From the human T2T-CHM13v2.0 reference genome, Homo sapiens, in NCBI RefSeq assembly GCF_009914755.1, contig NC_060940.1: DNA of 64,000 bases. One strand, written 5' to 3'. Each line of letters begins with the position of its first letter. Positions within the stretch are counted from its first letter, which is position 1. The notes under the pieces were generated by a model. That model saw only the letters and a list, made by a program, of their open reading frames with translations. It searched no databases and was not told the origin of the DNA. Below are positions 57,860 to 64,000 of the stretch, piece after piece. Position numbers and translations under genes: made by a program.

Positions 57860-59520
57860 ACATTTGGTATCGAAGAAGGTATGGTGAAAAGGTTAAATAT
57901 ATATAGTTGAAGGGGGAAGAATCTGGTCTAGAATGATAAAAGATGCACATACAAGAAAATATATTACCACGCTGTTTGCAAAAATGAAAACCAGAGCATT
58001 TTGGAAGCGACCTGACTGTCTGTCAACAGCAAATGACTGGATAAAATTTGATATAGCTATACTATGTGATGTTATGTGGCTATTAAAAACAAATTAGATC
58101 TCTGGCTATTTTTCCAAAGACATGTCTGTGGTGGGCTGTAAAGTGAGAAAAGGAAGGAGCAGAGACAGGAGTTGAGCTTGATTCTAGTTTTGTCAAAATG
58201 TCAACTTACAGGTCAGGGTAAGGACCTGTAAGGGAGGGAAGAGAAAACGGGAGGGTAGGAGACCAGCCAGGCTAGATAGGGACAAGGTTGCATGTTCTCC
58301 CACAATGCGTCCAGGTAGCCTCTTATTCTGAAAAAGACACAGTCACCTTGCCAACGGCCATGACCTGCTAGTCTCATTGATTCTCATAGGAAAGAAACAT
58401 TTGTGCCCAGAGTTTTAGGGGATTTGAGGTTCCAGTTGGGGATTTCCCTGAGGAGAGCGCATGTCATCATGCATTTTGACGTCATGGCATCTTGAACTTT
58501 AGATAAAAGAGAACCAATTCATGTTGATTTTTTGTTGTTGTGGCATTTAAAAACTCTGAGCTTTATCTTTTAGAGGGGTAAGATGAAAAGGAGTGAAGAT
58601 CAGCCTTCCCCTTTTTACTTAATGGGAAAGGGTTTGTAGATGATTTAAAATGTCACTTATTTCATTGAAATGAATGATACATTTATTAAAGATGTTCAAA
58701 CTCACCAGTGTCAGAGATATGTAAATTAAAGTAACAGTGAGATATCCCTCTCAGGCTGGGAAAAAAAATGGAAAAGACCAATCTCACCTATATTGTTGAT
58801 GGGAATGAGAATTATTTCAGCTGTGTTTTGGCCACATTTATTAACATAAAATATATAGATTTTTGGAAATTATATAGGACTGGATATATAGGAAATAATA
58901 TAGGTAATAAGACACATAAATTATATAGAATAATGATAAAATGAACCCATTTCCAACCTAAGAATGCGGTCGTCACCAATACTGTTGAAGCCACCTGCAA
59001 GCTTCTCTCTAGTCCACTTTCTCTGCCTTCTCCGCCTTTCTCTAGAGGTATCTACTACCCTGTTCTCTTGCTTTGCTCTTTTAAAAATAGTTAAAGAGAA
59101 ATACATATACTCTTTGACCCCGTAATCCCCATCCTGGGACTCTATCTCGTAGACATAAAGGCCATGGTACATAAGGATGTTTGTAGAAAGGATGTTTATT
59201 GCAGCACTGTTTGTAGTAGCCAAAGAGGGAGAAACGAGTGAATGCCCATTAATGATTGAACAAATTACAGGACATCCACACCATGGAATTTTCTGCAGCT
59301 ATTAAAAAACGATGAATTAGAGCAATACCAGATGCCTTGGAGGGATTTCCATGGCATATTGTAGAATGAGGAAATGGGAGCTGCGGAAGCGTGCATAAAA
59401 TGACAAATGCCTATGTATTATATACTGTGTGTGAATACATATATTTGTGTGTGATTTATGAGTATAGAGACAAATTTGGAAGGATGTATTCTAAATTGTC
59501 AATGAGGATTAACAGAAAGA
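57860..59520 (+). mobile_element. Scattered old L1ME fragments
   Basis: aggatgtttattgcagcactgtttgtagtagc; gcagctattaaaaa. Confidence 0.6.
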
Positions 59521-59648
59521 GGAAGGGTGGTCTGATGTGGAGGGAGAATGGATTAAGCCAAAAGAGAAGAAGAAAAAAACCCAAATTACCTGGGCTTCAT
59601 CAGATAAATGGAGATCAAAATTCCATCTTATTGTTGTTCCAGGGCTTG

Positions 59649-60032
59649 TAATATGGTTAGGCTTTGTGTCCCCACCTAAATCAAATCTCATCTTGAATTG
59701 TAATCCCCATAATCCCCACAGATCAAGGGAGAGACCAGGTGGAGGTTATTGAATCATGGGGGTGGTTTCCTCCTTGCTGTTCTCATGATAGTGAGTGAGT
59801 TCTCACGAGATCTGATGGCTTTATAAGGGGCTCTTTTCCCCTCTTCGCTCAGGACTTCTTCCTGCCACCTTGTGAAGAAGGTGCTTTGCTTCCTTTTTGC
59901 TTTCCGTCATGATTGTAAGTTTCCTGAGGCCTCCCCAGCCATGCTGAACTGTGAGTCAATTAAACCTCTTTCCTTTATAAATTACCCAGTCTCGGGCCGT
60001 TCTTTATAGCAGTATGAAAATGGACTAATACA
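59649..60032 (+). mobile_element. THE1D solo LTR
   Basis: Perfect 5-bp TSD GCTTG; ends ggactaataca. Confidence 0.93.
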
Positions 60033-60154
60033 GCTTGTGTGATAATTTCACTGGATGATGTGAAGGCTTTTTTGAAAATGTTCAAGGCTCTGCCCAAATA
60101 TGTGATGGTGGAATTTATTATGATATGCAAATGATACTTATAATAGTGATGTGA

Positions 60155-60468
60155 TTTTATTTATTTATTTATTTTTTTTGAGACAGGGTCTCACTCTGTC
60201 TCTCAGGATGGAGTGCAGTGGTGCGATCACAGCTCACTGCAGTCTCAACCTCCTGGGCTCAATTGATCCTCCCACCTCAGCCTCTTGAGCAACTGGGACT
60301 ACAGGCATGCACCAACACACCCGGCTATTTTTTTTTTTTTTTTTGTATTTTTTGTAGTGACTGGGTCCATGTTGACCAGGCTGGTCTTGAATTCATGGGC
60401 TCAGGTGATCCTCCTGTCTTAGCCTCCCAAAGTGCTGGGATTACAGATGTGAGCCACTGCACGTGGCC
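60155..60468 (-). mobile_element. AluJ
   Basis: TSD agtgatgtga(t/c)ttt. Confidence 0.93.
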
Positions 60469-60684
60469 AGTGATGTGACTTTGAGCAAATAATTTTTTAT
60501 TCTTCTAGGTCTAATAAGGTTTTATCCATTAGACAGATAATAATAACCAACCTCATTAATAGCTGATATCCTTTCAGATGAACTATTGAAATCACTCTGC
60601 CTGGATTAAATGTAGTCCTCAACCATGGCAAAATTCAAAGTATGACCTGCTTAACCTGACTGCTAAATCCTCCCCTGACCCCCA

Positions 60685-61346
<662 letters not shown>

Positions 61347-61388
61347 TAATCTCCTCTTGGAATAATTTTGCCTATATAAATGTGACCC

Positions 61389-61690
61389 GCCGGGCGTGGT
61401 GGATCACACCTGTATCCCAGCACTTTGGGAGGCTGAGGCAGGTTAATTGCCTGGACTCAGGAGTTCGAGACCAGCCTGGGCAACATGGCAAAACCCCGTC
61501 TCTAAGAAAATACAAAAAATTAGCTGGGCGCGGTGGCGCACACCTGTAGTCCCAGCTACTTGGGGGGCTGAGGTGGAGGATGGCTTGACTCTGGGAGTTT
61601 GAGGCTGCAGTGAGCTGAGATCATGCCACTGCACTTCAGCCTGAGTGACAGAGTAAGACCCTGTCTCTAAAAAAATAAGATAAAATAAAA
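61389..61690 (+). mobile_element. AluJ
   Basis: TSD aaatgtgaccc. Confidence 0.93.
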
Positions 61691-61708
61691 GAAATGTGAC
61701 CCTAGAGT

Positions 61709-61738
61709 TGTGTGTGAGTGAGAGAGAGAGAGAGAGAG

Positions 61739-61777
<39 letters not shown>
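61709..61777. repeat. Compound (GA)n(GT)n microsatellite
   Basis: Read directly. Confidence 0.97.
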
Positions 61778-62050
<273 letters not shown>

Positions 62051-62249
62051 TAGCCCCTAGAGGTATTAAATGGGGGTATTAACTTGTCTTTTTATTCTTC
62101 ATTTAAATGATTGCAAATGCTATCCAATCTACTCCCGAGAGGCCCCTCAGGGAGTTAGTTTCCATTTTACAGATGAGGCAGCCGGACCCTTCTGCATGGC
62201 AGAGAGGACATTCCAACCCAGATGCCAGTGCCAGAGGCTGCCCATAGCT

Positions 62250-62680
62250 CCGCTACTGTTGAGCTGCTAACAAATTGGTTTGTCCAAGGGCATGTTCAAC
62301 TGTAACCCTCCGTTCCCCTTTGGAGAAACTTCACTATCACCTAATTAGGTAACATGGTAACTGGGCAACCATTACTTATAATAGACGTGGAGTTGTAAAT
62401 TATTCTATTTAATTAAGAACTGCACATTTCCTATTAAAGGAAAGCTTATCATAGGTTAGTAAATTTATTGGGAACACTTAACTTTAGCTAATTAAGCTGT
62501 TTGAACTCAAGGCGAGGGCATTCATTAATAACCAAGCCCAAGCAGTTAAGGGCAATTAGTGAAACAGCTGGTCTTTATCTCACTGTTAAAGGATGGTTAA
62601 TAGAGATCTTTGCAGCTCTTATAAACCTCCCCAAAGCAATATCTTCTTCAAAAGTTTGCATTGGTAAAGAAAATAGAAGA
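62250..62680. promoter_or_regulatory. Candidate conserved enhancer (homeodomain/RFX motif cluster)
   Basis: Apparently repeat-free; TAATTA x3, CAATTA, CCAATAAA, RFX-like sites, E-box, GATA. Confidence 0.35.
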
Positions 62681-63076
62681 GGAAACTAAACATAAAAGAA
62701 TGGAGTGTCGGAAGCAGTCTGGATCTCTAGGCTCATGATGATGCCAGAAAAAAATGAAATCCAGAGGCATTTCCTAGTGGTCCTCATCTTTCCTAGTGGT
62801 CTGCATTTACCTGGGAGAGTTTGACCTCGAAGTCAGCAGTAGATGTGTTTTAGCTCCCCCCTGGAATCTTGGCTGCCCCAGGAGCATGGGGCCAGGGATG
62901 GGTCCTTTATATATGCAGAGATTATATGTCCTGAAAGAAAAATGCAGGAATGGTAACCTCTCATTCAGAAATGCAGCCAGGTAGCCTTAGACAAAATGCT
63001 TTTTTTGGATCTGCAAACGTCTCTATGTAGAAAGTCTCACAGAGTCCTCATATGTCTTATTCAGTAATTTGTCAGA

Positions 63077-63374
63077 TTTTTTTTTTTTTTTTTTTTTTTG
63101 GAGATAGGGTCTAACTCCGTCACCCAGGCTGGAGTGCGGTGGCGCAATCTCAACTCATCACAACCTCAGCCTCCCAGGCTGAAGCGATCCTCCCACCTCA
63201 GCCTCCTGAGTAGCTGGTACTACGGGCATGTGCCACCATATCCTGCTAAGTTTTTTGTATTTTTAATAAAGACGAAGCTTCACCATGTTGTCCAGGCTGG
63301 TCTTGAACTCCTGAGCTCAAGCGATCAGCCTCCCAAAATGCTAGGATTACAGGCATGAGCCGCCCTACCCAGCC
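63077..63374 (-). mobile_element. AluJ
   Basis: Antisense Alu consensus. Confidence 0.92.
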
Positions 63375-63722
63375 AGCTTGAACTTTTATTTAGAAATGTT
63401 AAAATGTGCATAGTTATTAGGATTATCTTGTGTTTCAGGAATCAACTGTCATTATGTATCCTGTGATTGGAGGGAAATGAGTAATTCTTACCCTACCTGC
63501 AAATAGTTGTTTCTTGGTCAGATGGTAGGGATTCTGGTTGGGGATGGTACTTTCATCACTCTGCCTTCAGACATGTATTGATTGCCTGTTGTATGCTGGG
63601 CACTATGCTGGTATGTGACATCACATGAGAGCATCAAGGAGCCTGTTTAGCTTGCAATCCAATGAGAGAAGAATGGACAGTAAACAGGTGTTGTTTTTGT
63701 TTATTAAAACAAGGTAATCTTT

Positions 63723-64000
<278 letters not shown>

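Noticed and set aside
62770-62985. Possible exon after cctcatctttcctag
   Set aside because: Short pyrimidine tract, weak donors, and the acceptor arises from a 13-bp local duplication (tttcctagtggtc x2)

Overview
Eukaryotic hominoid (most likely human) genomic DNA, identified by about 69 Alu copies or fragments (roughly 30% of the window) and a full-length SVA. It is non-coding intronic or intergenic sequence: I find no credible protein-coding gene, RNA gene, CpG-island promoter or CRISPR array. Nearly all ORFs in the track are Alu, SVA, LTR or microsatellite read-throughs. Main content: an older-type SVA (14607-16152, minus) nested in an ERV1 solo LTR that itself sits in an L2; a truncated MER51-like provirus with a gag N-terminal remnant; MLT2A2, THE1 x4, MST, MER21, MLT1 and LTR16-type LTRs; many old L1M/L2/MIR/hAT fragments; and several STRs and polypyrimidine tracts. 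I cannot support a new biological system here. The best second-look items are mechanistic scars (a twin-primed, 5'-inverted Alu; a locally templated insertion inside an Alu; several template-switch hairpins), one clean 96-nt candidate exon and a homeodomain/RFX-rich candidate enhancer. Repeat subfamily names come from recalled consensus sequences, boundaries are approximate, and the host locus was not identified.
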